This document shows, in pieces, positions 9,608 to 17,448 of a DNA stretch of 64,000 nt; position 1 is the stretch's first letter, and every line of letters begins with the position of its first letter. Both the position numbers and the translations under genes were made by a program. The stretch spans positions 1,088,001 to 1,152,000 of the forward strand of contig CAWBWI010000001.1 of assembly GCA_963792585.1 (NCBI GenBank), written 5' to 3'. The stretch is from Candidatus Eiseniibacteriota bacterium (GTDB taxonomy: Bacteria; Eisenbacteria; RBG-16-71-46; CAIMUX01; VGJL01). The notes under the pieces were generated by a model. The model saw only the letters and a list, made by a program, of their open reading frames with translations, had not been told where the DNA came from and ran no database searches.

Positions 9608-9841
9608 CTAGAGGGGCGGCAGGGCCGGCATTCCGGCCATCTTCTTGGACTTCTTCGCCTTCTTCTTGGCGACCTTCTTCTTTGCAGTCTTCTTCTTCGC
9701 TACCTTCTTCTTCGCAGTCTTTTTCTTCGCAGTCTTCTTCTTCGCAACCTTCTTCTTCGCAGTCTTCTTCTTCGCGACCTTCTTCTTGGCGACCTTCTTC
9801 TTCGCCGTCTTCTTCTTCGCGGTCTTCTTCTTCGCCACCAT
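9608..9841 (-). CDS. Lysine-rich histone H1-like protein (12 x [V/T]AKKK)
   Basis: RBS AAGGGAG; 77 aa with 40 Lys; the 15-bp repeat unit shows synonymous codon variation. Confidence 0.85.
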   Translation of the reverse strand: MVAKKKTAKKKTAKKKVAKKKVAKKKTAKKKVAKKKTAKKKTAKKKVAKKKTAKKKVAKKKAKKSKKMAGMPALPPL

Positions 9842-9873
9842 CTGGGTACACTCCCTTCCGTGGGTTCCGAGGG

Positions 9874-10281
9874 TTACGCGGTCGCGCCACCCTCCGCACG
9901 AGCGGCTCGGTCTCCTGCGCCGTTTGCGAGGCCCCGAACCAGTTGCAACAGCTTCTCCAGATCAAAAGGCTTCCGAAGGTAGTGGTCGACCGACAACGCC
10001 CGGCATACCCGCTCGGAGTCAGGATTGTCGAACGCGGTCATGACAACCACACGGCCCGCGAATCCCGCTTCACGACGCTCCCGAAGCAGATCCAGTCCGG
10101 ACCGCCCAGGTAGCTTCACGTCGAGAACGAAGATGTCCACCGGGTCCGCCTTCGCCAGTTGGCGCTCCGCGTCTTCAGCGCTGGACGCAGCCAGCACATC
10201 GAAGCCATCCTCGCGCAGCGCGCTGGAGAGGGTCCGGAGGAGCAAGACCTCGTCATCGACGAGCAGGACTCTTGGACTCAC
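9874..10281 (-). CDS. Single-domain response regulator (receiver)
   Basis: VLLVDDE, LDVKLPGRSG, MTA and YLRKPFD motifs. Confidence 0.9.
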   Translation of the reverse strand: MSPRVLLVDDEVLLLRTLSSALREDGFDVLAASSAEDAERQLAKADPVDIFVLDVKLPGRSGLDLLRERREAGFAGRVVVMTAFDNPDSERVCRALSVDHYLRKPFDLEKLLQLVRGLANGAGDRAARAEGGATA

Positions 10282-10310
10282 CGTGGAAACCTCATGGTTT
10301 TACTACTGTT

Positions 10311-10325
10311 ACCAGCTTCGTGCCA
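10311..10325 (-). promoter_or_regulatory. Putative sigma54 (-24/-12) promoter
   Basis: Minus strand TGGCACG-AAGC-TGGT: perfect -24 element, imperfect -12. It lies ~30 nt before the receiver gene and downstream of a sigma54 activator gene. Confidence 0.45.
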
Positions 10326-10513
10326 AGCCGCGATTTACCTTTATTTGATTCCGTAACTGGTGTGGGCATCTGCAGTTAGACATCTGACAGAGACTTTGAT
10401 CCTGAAAATCGACAACCGGGCAAGAACCCGCAACTGCAAACAATTCCGTCGGTTATCTGGTGTCCGAAAGTCAACTCGCTGATCAGAAATGAGTTAGCAG
10501 CTCAATCCGAGGG

Positions 10514-10530
10514 TGTCCAATATTCTGACA
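10514..10530. promoter_or_regulatory. Palindrome, candidate enhancer (UAS) for the sigma54 activator
   Basis: TGTC-CAATATTCT-GACA in an AT-rich intergenic region ~190 bp upstream of the putative sigma54 promoter. Confidence 0.35.
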
Positions 10531-10542
10531 TGCACAGGATGT

Positions 10543-11922
10543 TTACACACGATCGAGCAAAGCCGTGCGCTTCAGCCTGTCCAACAGCCCTTGCCTCGAC
10601 AGACCGAGGATGCGCGCAGCGTGGCTCTTGTTTCCCTTGCAGTGGTTCAGGACACGGAGGATGTGCTCCTCTTCCACATCCTGCAAGCTGCGCATCGGCG
10701 AAACGGCTCCGTCCGTTCCATCCTCGACGCGGGGCGCGCCCTGGGCGCGCCCGAGGAACTCCGACGGGAGGTGCCGGGGTTCGAGTGCCTCACCCTCCTC
10801 GAGCAGGACGATCCGTTCGACCAGGTTGCGTAGTTCGCGCACGTTGCCCGGCCATCGGTATTTGAGGAATTGATCCTGCACCTCCGGACTCACCCTCCGG
10901 AAACCCTTGCGGAACTTGGTCGAGAAGGTCTGGAGGAAGTGCTCGGCGAGGAGGTTCACGTCCTCTGCCCGTTCGCGAAGGGGCGGAATCTCGACACGCA
11001 CCACCTGAAGTCGCCAGAAGAGGTCCTCGCGGAAGCTCCCGTTGCGAACGGCCGCCTCGAGATTCACGTTCGTGGCGGCGACGATCCGGATGTCGACCGA
11101 GATGTCCACGTTCCCGCCGACACGCTTGAAGGTCCGGTGTTCGATGAAGCGCAGCAACTTCGCCTGTGTCGAGGCGGGGAGATCCCCAACCTCGTCCAGG
11201 AAGAGCGTCCCGCCGTCCGAGAGTTCCACCAAACCGCGTTTCAGGTGGGTCGCGCCCGTGTAGGCTCCCCGTTCGTGCCCGAACAGCTCGTTCTCGAGCA
11301 ATGTCTCCTGCATCGCGGAGCAGTTGAGTTCCATGAATGGGGCCCGTCGGCGATCGCTCTCGAAGTGGACGGCCCGCGCCACCAGTTCCTTGCCCGTGCC
11401 GCTCTCCCCCAGCACCAGCACACTCGTCGCGTCCGATCGGGAAACCCGGCGGACGAGATCGATCGTCTCCCGCATCCGATCGCACTGGCCGAGCAGTTGC
11501 TCCTCCGCATACCGGCCCTGCTCCCTGCGTCGGTAGACGGCGAGGTAGCCGTCGCGGGCGGAGGCCTTGCGCGCCGTCTCGACCGCCAGGACGACCTCGT
11601 CCATGTCGTACGGCTTGCGGAGAAAGTCGGCCGCTCCACGCTTGATCGCCTGAACGGCGACCTTCGTGTCTGCATAGGCCGTCAGGACGATGACCTGGGT
11701 CGTGGACTCCACCCGCCGGATCTTCGGAAGCAGATCGAGGCCGTCGGCATCGGGGAGCTTGACGTCGAGCAGGATGATCTGTGGGCGCCAGGCTTCGGCC
11801 TCGGCGAGACCTTCCTGCCCCGTTCCCGCCGAGCGAACCTGGTAGCCGCGATCCTCGAGGACCCGCGTCAGGGAGCGGGCGATCGAGGGCTCATCGTCAA
11901 CGATCAGGACCTTGCTCTTCAC
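10543..11922 (-). CDS. Sigma54-dependent response regulator (NtrC/AtoC family: REC-AAA+-Fis HTH)
   Basis: REC domain; GESGTGKELVA, ELFGHERGAYTGA, LFLDEVG, FREDLFWRL and WPGNVRELRN motifs; GNKSHAARILG HTH. Confidence 0.95.
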   Translation of the reverse strand: MKSKVLIVDDEPSIARSLTRVLEDRGYQVRSAGTGQEGLAEAEAWRPQIILLDVKLPDADGLDLLPKIRRVESTTQVIVLTAYADTKVAVQAIKRGAADFLRKPYDMDEVVLAVETARKASARDGYLAVYRRREQGRYAEEQLLGQCDRMRETIDLVRRVSRSDATSVLVLGESGTGKELVARAVHFESDRRRAPFMELNCSAMQETLLENELFGHERGAYTGATHLKRGLVELSDGGTLFLDEVGDLPASTQAKLLRFIEHRTFKRVGGNVDISVDIRIVAATNVNLEAAVRNGSFREDLFWRLQVVRVEIPPLRERAEDVNLLAEHFLQTFSTKFRKGFRRVSPEVQDQFLKYRWPGNVRELRNLVERIVLLEEGEALEPRHLPSEFLGRAQGAPRVEDGTDGAVSPMRSLQDVEEEHILRVLNHCKGNKSHAARILGLSRQGLLDRLKRTALLDRV

Positions 11923-12994
11923 GAGGTGTCGCCTCCGCCGGAACCGGGAACGAGAGCCGGAACGTCACACCGCCCTGCGATCGATTGCGCACTGTGATCC
12001 GCCCCCCCTGTTCGCGGACCAACTGCAGGGAGATCGAGAGTCCCAGCCCTGTTCCCGATGATTTGGTCGTGAAAAATGGGTCGAAGATACGGTCGAGGTC
12101 TTCCTCCGAGATTCCACATCCCGTGTCGCTCACCGCAACCTCCACCGCCAAGCGGGACCGATAGCGGCGGCTGGAGGTGACCAACCGCAGCGTTCCGCCC
12201 TCCGGCATCGCATCGAACGAGTTGCGGATGATGTTGAGGAGGACCTGGTGCATGGCGTCCGGGTCCATCGGGACCCGGGGCAGTTCCGGCGTGAGATCGG
12301 TCTTGACCACGACCGACGCGTTCGAGAGCTGCACGGACAGGGTGTCGAGGACCTTCTCGATCACCTGATTGACGTCTCCGTCGATCCGCTGGAGATTCTT
12401 CGGCCTGCCGAGCTGGAGAAGATCGGTGGTGAACTGCTCGATCCTATCGAGCTCCTTGATGATGTCCTCGAGGTCCTCACGCAGGGGTCCGTCGATCTTG
12501 GATCGAACGAACTGGATCGTCGTCCGGATGCCGGTCAGCGGATTGCGGATCTCGTGGGCGATGACGGCGGAGAGGTTGCCGATCGAGGCGAACCGGTCGA
12601 GGCGGCGCTGGAACTCGAGTTCTCCGACCGACTCCGTGATGTCGTCGAAGGAGAGGATTCCGCCCAAGATCCCCTCGTCCCGGGCAACGGGGATCCAGCG
12701 GGCCTCGACGGTCAGCTCGCGATCCTCCGAAGCGATCACCATGTCCCGGGTCATCCATTCCCCTATGTCCGGCGGCCAGAGGCTGGCCCCATGGGACGGC
12801 GATCGAACCTGGATGACCTCCACGATCGGGCGCTCCCGCACCTTGTCCGGCTGAAGCCCCAGCAACTCCTGCACGCGGCGGTTGATGAAGAGGATCTTGC
12901 CCGTTCTGTCGACGGCGATGATCCCCGAGTCGAGGGCATCGAAGAGGAAACGGGCAAACTCCCGGTCGGAATCGATCAGAGCGGTCGTACTCAT
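11897..12994 (-). CDS. Cytoplasmic PAS-domain sensor histidine kinase
   Basis: PAS-like N-terminus with no TM segment; AHEIRNPL, NIIRNS, DTGCG, FDPFFTTK and GTGLGL motifs. Confidence 0.93.
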   Translation of the reverse strand: MSTTALIDSDREFARFLFDALDSGIIAVDRTGKILFINRRVQELLGLQPDKVRERPIVEVIQVRSPSHGASLWPPDIGEWMTRDMVIASEDRELTVEARWIPVARDEGILGGILSFDDITESVGELEFQRRLDRFASIGNLSAVIAHEIRNPLTGIRTTIQFVRSKIDGPLREDLEDIIKELDRIEQFTTDLLQLGRPKNLQRIDGDVNQVIEKVLDTLSVQLSNASVVVKTDLTPELPRVPMDPDAMHQVLLNIIRNSFDAMPEGGTLRLVTSSRRYRSRLAVEVAVSDTGCGISEEDLDRIFDPFFTTKSSGTGLGLSISLQLVREQGGRITVRNRSQGGVTFRLSFPVPAEATPREEQGPDR

Positions 12995-13092
12995 CCGCGA
13001 ACTCTCCCACCGAATTGCCTGCGCCCCGTGCGCGCGGGGCGTGCTAGCCTCTGGTTCGCCGCAAGCGCCGCGGCGATGGAGGAACTTCGAGC

Positions 13093-13596
13093 GTGGAACC
13101 CCTTTGGACCCCCTGGCGAATGCCGTACATCCAAGCGATCAAGAGCTGCAATCGGTGCGTCTTCTGCGAGGAGGTGCTCGTCGAGGGAGCCGACCCCGAC
13201 CTGGTGATCCATCGAGGTCGTCATGCATTCGTCGTGATGAACCTCTACCCCTACACGACAGGACATCTGATGATCGTGCCGTACCGCCACGCCGCCTCCC
13301 TCTCCGGTCTGGACGAGGCCGAGATGGAGGAGGCGACGATCCTGCTCCAGCGGGCCGAGCGGGCGGTCGAGGCGGCCTTCGGGACCCGCCGGCACCATGT
13401 GGGAATCAACCTCGGCCGGTGCGCCGGCGCGGGGGTCGAGGGACACGTCCACATCCATCTCGTCCCACGCGCGTCCCGATCCGCGGACGATTCCCCCGCC
13501 ATGCTCGAGACGGAAGGAACCATGCCGCTCATCGAGGCGCGGGATCTCCTGGCTGCCGCGTGGAGTCGGACGGCCGATCATAGAACCGCCTCCTGA
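13093..13596 (+). CDS. HIT family hydrolase (Ap4A phosphorylase-like)
   Basis: LWTPWRMPYI, CVFC, NLYPYTTGHLM, GINLG and HVHIHLVPR motifs. Confidence 0.9.
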   Translation: MEPLWTPWRMPYIQAIKSCNRCVFCEEVLVEGADPDLVIHRGRHAFVVMNLYPYTTGHLMIVPYRHAASLSGLDEAEMEEATILLQRAERAVEAAFGTRRHHVGINLGRCAGAGVEGHVHIHLVPRASRSADDSPAMLETEGTMPLIEARDLLAAAWSRTADHRTAS

Positions 13597-14969
13597 CCGA
13601 GCTCCGGGAGCTCGACGGTCCCGAACCCCCGGTCCCGGAGCGTCGCGGCAAGCGCTTCCCCCTGGTCCAACGCGCCATGGACGACGAAGGTCTTCCGCGG
13701 GCGGTCATGAATCCGTTCCGCCCAAGCGAGCAGCTCGTCGCGGTCGGCGTGGGCGCTGAAGCCCTCCATCACCACCACCTCCGCCCGGCGCGAGAATTCC
13801 TCGCCGAAGATCCGCACCGTCGGGCGTCCCTCGGCGAGGCGCCGGCCCAGCGTCTCCTCGGCCTGGAACCCGACGATCAGGATCACGACCCGGGGGTCCT
13901 CGATGTTGTTGCGGAGATGGTGCAGAACGCGTCCCGCCTCGCACATCCCCGACGGCGAAATCACGATCCACGTGCCCGGCTTGCCGTTGAGCTTCTTCGA
14001 TTCCTCGACGTCCTGGACGTAGTGGACCAACCGGAATCCGAACGGATCGCCGTCGCGGCGTAGGGCCGCCATCGTCTCGGCGTCGAAGCACTCCGGGTGC
14101 CGGGCGAAGATCTCCGTCGCATCGACGGCCAAGGGGCTGTCGACGTAGATGGGAATGTTCGGGATCCTCCCGGAATCGATCAGTCCCTTGGTGATCCAGA
14201 CGATTTCCTGGACGCGGCCGACGGCGAAGGCCGGGATCAGGACCTTGCCCCCTCGGGCGCGGGCGCGATCGAGGAGCGCGGCGAGTTGCTCCGGAACATC
14301 GTCGATGGATGGGTGCAGGCGATCCCCGTAGGTGCTCTCGATCATGAGGACATCGCACCCGGAGACGAATGCCGGATCCCGTAGGATCGGCAAGTGTGGC
14401 CGGCCGAGGTCCCCCGTGAACACAAGGCGGCGTCGAACCCCCTTCTCCTGGAGGTCGAGCTCGAGGATGGCCGAGCCGAGAATGTGCCCCGCGTCCCGAA
14501 AGGTGACCGTCACCCCCTCGCAAACCGGGACCGGCTGATCGTACGGATGCCCCTGGAAGAGCTCGATGGCCGCCTCGGCATCCTCGAGGGTGTAGAGCGG
14601 CTCGCGATTCCGCGGGCCGCGGCGGCGCGGATGCTTGTTGACGAACTCGGCATCCTTGACCTGGATATGGGCGCTATCGCGCAGCATGATCGAACAGAGA
14701 TCGGCGGTCGCCGAGGTCGCATGAATCGGGCCCCGGTAGCCTTGACGCGCCAGGGTCGGGAGATTCCCGCTGTGATCGATGTGCGCATGCGAGAGAATCA
14801 CCGCATCGATGGAGGCGGGATCGAACGGCAGCTCGCGGTTGATCCGATCTCCGACTTCGCGCTTGCCTTGGTAGAGGCCGCAGTCGAGGAGGATGCGGCG
14901 GCTCCCGACGGTCAGGAGGTGCCGGGATCCGGTCACCGTGCGCACGGCTCCAAGGAAGGAGATCTTCAC
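13578..14969 (-). CDS. MBL-fold beta-CASP ribonuclease
   Basis: VTGS, LDCG, SHAHIDHSG, AGHILGS, FTGDLG, ESTYG, FSAHAD and VVHG motifs; GTG start. Confidence 0.92.
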   Translation of the reverse strand: MKISFLGAVRTVTGSRHLLTVGSRRILLDCGLYQGKREVGDRINRELPFDPASIDAVILSHAHIDHSGNLPTLARQGYRGPIHATSATADLCSIMLRDSAHIQVKDAEFVNKHPRRRGPRNREPLYTLEDAEAAIELFQGHPYDQPVPVCEGVTVTFRDAGHILGSAILELDLQEKGVRRRLVFTGDLGRPHLPILRDPAFVSGCDVLMIESTYGDRLHPSIDDVPEQLAALLDRARARGGKVLIPAFAVGRVQEIVWITKGLIDSGRIPNIPIYVDSPLAVDATEIFARHPECFDAETMAALRRDGDPFGFRLVHYVQDVEESKKLNGKPGTWIVISPSGMCEAGRVLHHLRNNIEDPRVVILIVGFQAEETLGRRLAEGRPTVRIFGEEFSRRAEVVVMEGFSAHADRDELLAWAERIHDRPRKTFVVHGALDQGEALAATLRDRGFGTVELPELGQEAVL

Positions 14970-15136
14970 CGCGCACTCCGGAGTCGTCTTGTCGAGACGG
15001 TTTGCATTATCGCCATCTATAGAGAGTGACACCATGGCTGTCAATGGATTGCGCGTCGCGCGTCGCGGCGCGGAGCGGTTGACGGGGCGCATCGGTCGAA
15101 GGTAGCGTCTCGACGACCGGAAAGGAGGCCGCTGGA

Positions 15137-16249
15137 ATGACGGGATGCGCGAGGATTCTCTGCGCCGCGGGTGCGCGACCCAACTTCATGAAGGTCGCCC
15201 CGATTCTCGACGCGATGCGGAAGAACCCGCGCCTCGAGGCGATCCTGGTCCACACCGGACAGCACTACGACGAATCGATGTCGGACGCCTTCTTCCGGGA
15301 CCTCGGAATCCCCCGACCGGACATTTCCCTCGGCATCGGCTCGGACACCCCGTTGCGTCAAATCGCCCGGATTCTCGAGCGCTTGGAGCCTGAGATCGAG
15401 CGGCTCACCCCTGCATGCGTCGTCGTCGTGGGCGATGTCAACTCGACGCTGGCCTGCTCGATCGCGGCAATCAAGCTCGGGGTGCCGCTGGCGCATGTCG
15501 AGGCGGGCCTTCGCAGCCGCGATCGGACCATGCCGGAGGAGATGAATCGGATCCTGACCGATGCCGCCTCCGACCTGCTGTTCACGACCTCGCGGGACGC
15601 AGACGAGAACCTGCTCGCCGAAGGGATCGGCGCGGAGAAGATCCACTTCGTGGGAAACGTCATGATCGATACCCTCCGGCGCTTCGAGGCGAACGCGCGG
15701 TCCTCCGCCATCCTCCGGGAGATCGGCATCGAGCCGGCGGGCTACTCCCTCGTGACCTTGCACCGGCCCTCAAATGTCGACCACAGGCAGGATCTCGAGC
15801 GGATCGTCGCGGTCCTCGAGGGCGCCGCGGCGCGCCTTCCCGTCGTCTTCCCCATCCACCCGAGGACCCGGGCGCGTTTGGAGGCCGAGGGGATGCTTGC
15901 GCGCCTGCTCCGGTTGCCCGCCGTCCATTTGCGTCCGCCCATGGGGTATATCGATTTCATCCGGTTGCTCTCCGATGCGCGCATCGTGTTGACCGACTCG
16001 GGCGGGATCCAGGAGGAGACGACCGTCCTGGGAGTTCCCTGCCTCACACTCCGGCCCAATACCGAACGACCCGTGACGATCCTGCAGGGAACCAATCGCC
16101 TGGTCGGATCCGACCCGGATCGCGTGCTCGCCGCCATGGACGAGGAACTCGCCGGGCGAACAGCCGGCGTCCGCCGTATTCCCGAGCTGTGGGACGGCGG
16201 GGCGGCGGAGCGAATCGTCCGCGTCCTCGAGCAGGCGTTCGCGGGGTGA
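15137..16249 (+). CDS. wecB: Non-hydrolysing UDP-N-acetylglucosamine 2-epimerase (WecB/WbpI family)
   Basis: GARPNFMK, HTGQHYD, HVEAGLRS, PEEMNR, TDSGGIQEE and TERP motifs. Confidence 0.9.
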   Translation: MTGCARILCAAGARPNFMKVAPILDAMRKNPRLEAILVHTGQHYDESMSDAFFRDLGIPRPDISLGIGSDTPLRQIARILERLEPEIERLTPACVVVVGDVNSTLACSIAAIKLGVPLAHVEAGLRSRDRTMPEEMNRILTDAASDLLFTTSRDADENLLAEGIGAEKIHFVGNVMIDTLRRFEANARSSAILREIGIEPAGYSLVTLHRPSNVDHRQDLERIVAVLEGAAARLPVVFPIHPRTRARLEAEGMLARLLRLPAVHLRPPMGYIDFIRLLSDARIVLTDSGGIQEETTVLGVPCLTLRPNTERPVTILQGTNRLVGSDPDRVLAAMDEELAGRTAGVRRIPELWDGGAAERIVRVLEQAFAG

Positions 16250-16254
16250 GCCCT

Positions 16255-17448
16255 ATGCGGATCGGGATGCTCCTCGATCGCACGTTCCCCCCCGATCCCC
16301 GGGTCGCGAACGAGGCCCGCTCTCTGGTGGCGGCGGGTCACGAGGTCCACCTGCTCTGCCTCCGCCACGGAGAGAAGCAGCCGGCGCGGGAGGAGTGGCA
16401 GGGAGTGCACGTCCACAGACTCGAGATCCCGCGGTGGTTCTACCGGAAACTCTCGGCTGTGAGCCTGGAGATCCCGGTCTATCGGTGGACCCTGTTGGGT
16501 CCGCTCCGTCGCATGGTCAAGGAGGAGCGGATCGAGGTCGTGCACACGCACGATCTGCCGATGGTGGCGATCGGTCGCACCGTTGCGCGGTCCCACGGGA
16601 TTCCGTTGGTCGCCGACCTCCACGAGAACTGGCCCGCGGCGCTGGCGACGTACGGCTACGCGACCCGGTTTCCCGGTCGTTTCATGATCTCTTCCACGCG
16701 CTGGGCGCGCCACGAACGCTCGATTCTGCCGCGAGCCGATCGGATCATCGTGGTGATCGAGGAGGCGATGGAACGACTCGTCGCCATCGGAATCGATCCG
16801 GCGAAGATCGCGATCGTTCGGAATACAGTCGAGGTGGACGAGTTCCGCGGGTTTGGAAACGACCCTGGGATCGCGGACCGGTTCCGGGGCCGCTTCGTTC
16901 TCTGCTATCTCGGAGGCTTCGAGCGCCACCGCGGTCTCGAAATGGTGGTCGAGGCGATGCCCCTTCTCGCGAGGCTCGTGCCCGAGAGCCTTCTCCTGCT
17001 CGTGGGAAGCGGCTCGACGGAGGGCGGTCTGCGCGCGTTGGCTGCGAGGCTCGGCGTGGCGGATCGGGTGGTGTTCGAAGGGTGGCAACCATTCCAGAGG
17101 TTCCCGAGCTACATCCAGGCCGCGCAGGTCTGCCTGATCCCCCACGTCCGCAACCCCCACACCGACACGACGATCCCCCACAAGCTGTTCCAGACGATGC
17201 TGCTGGGACGGCCGGTCTTGACATCCGACTGCCGCCCCCTGCGGCGGATCGTCGAAGAGACCGGCTGTGGTCTCGTCTTCCCCTCGGGCGACGCCGAGGC
17301 CTTCGCCGGGGCGGCCGCGAGTCTCGTCGATCCGCTGCTGCGCGGGCCGATGGCGGAGGCCGGCCGGCGCGCGGTTCTGGAACGCTACAACTGGAGCCGT
17401 GACGCGGCGACCCTCGTCGAAGCCTACCGGACCCTCGCGCGCTCCTGA
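16255..17448 (+). CDS. Glycosyltransferase family 4
   Basis: DPRVANEARSL, HTHD, DLHE and PHKLFQ...GRPVLTSD motifs; C-terminal RYNW. Confidence 0.88.
   Translation: MRIGMLLDRTFPPDPRVANEARSLVAAGHEVHLLCLRHGEKQPAREEWQGVHVHRLEIPRWFYRKLSAVSLEIPVYRWTLLGPLRRMVKEERIEVVHTHDLPMVAIGRTVARSHGIPLVADLHENWPAALATYGYATRFPGRFMISSTRWARHERSILPRADRIIVVIEEAMERLVAIGIDPAKIAIVRNTVEVDEFRGFGNDPGIADRFRGRFVLCYLGGFERHRGLEMVVEAMPLLARLVPESLLLLVGSGSTEGGLRALAARLGVADRVVFEGWQPFQRFPSYIQAAQVCLIPHVRNPHTDTTIPHKLFQTMLLGRPVLTSDCRPLRRIVEETGCGLVFPSGDAEAFAGAAASLVDPLLRGPMAEAGRRAVLERYNWSRDAATLVEAYRTLARS

Noticed and set aside
9551..9610. tRNA or tRNA-derived attachment site (GGTTCGACTCC on minus)
   Set aside because: Only a T-loop-like hairpin. 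No D-arm, anticodon arm or acceptor stem can be built, and no integrase is nearby.
9373..10113. Ser-rich, Phe-rich and Glu-rich ORFs (9373+, 9645+, 9459-)
   Set aside because: These are alternative frames of the AAG-rich histone-like repeat. Only the Lys frame has an RBS and a synonymous variation pattern.
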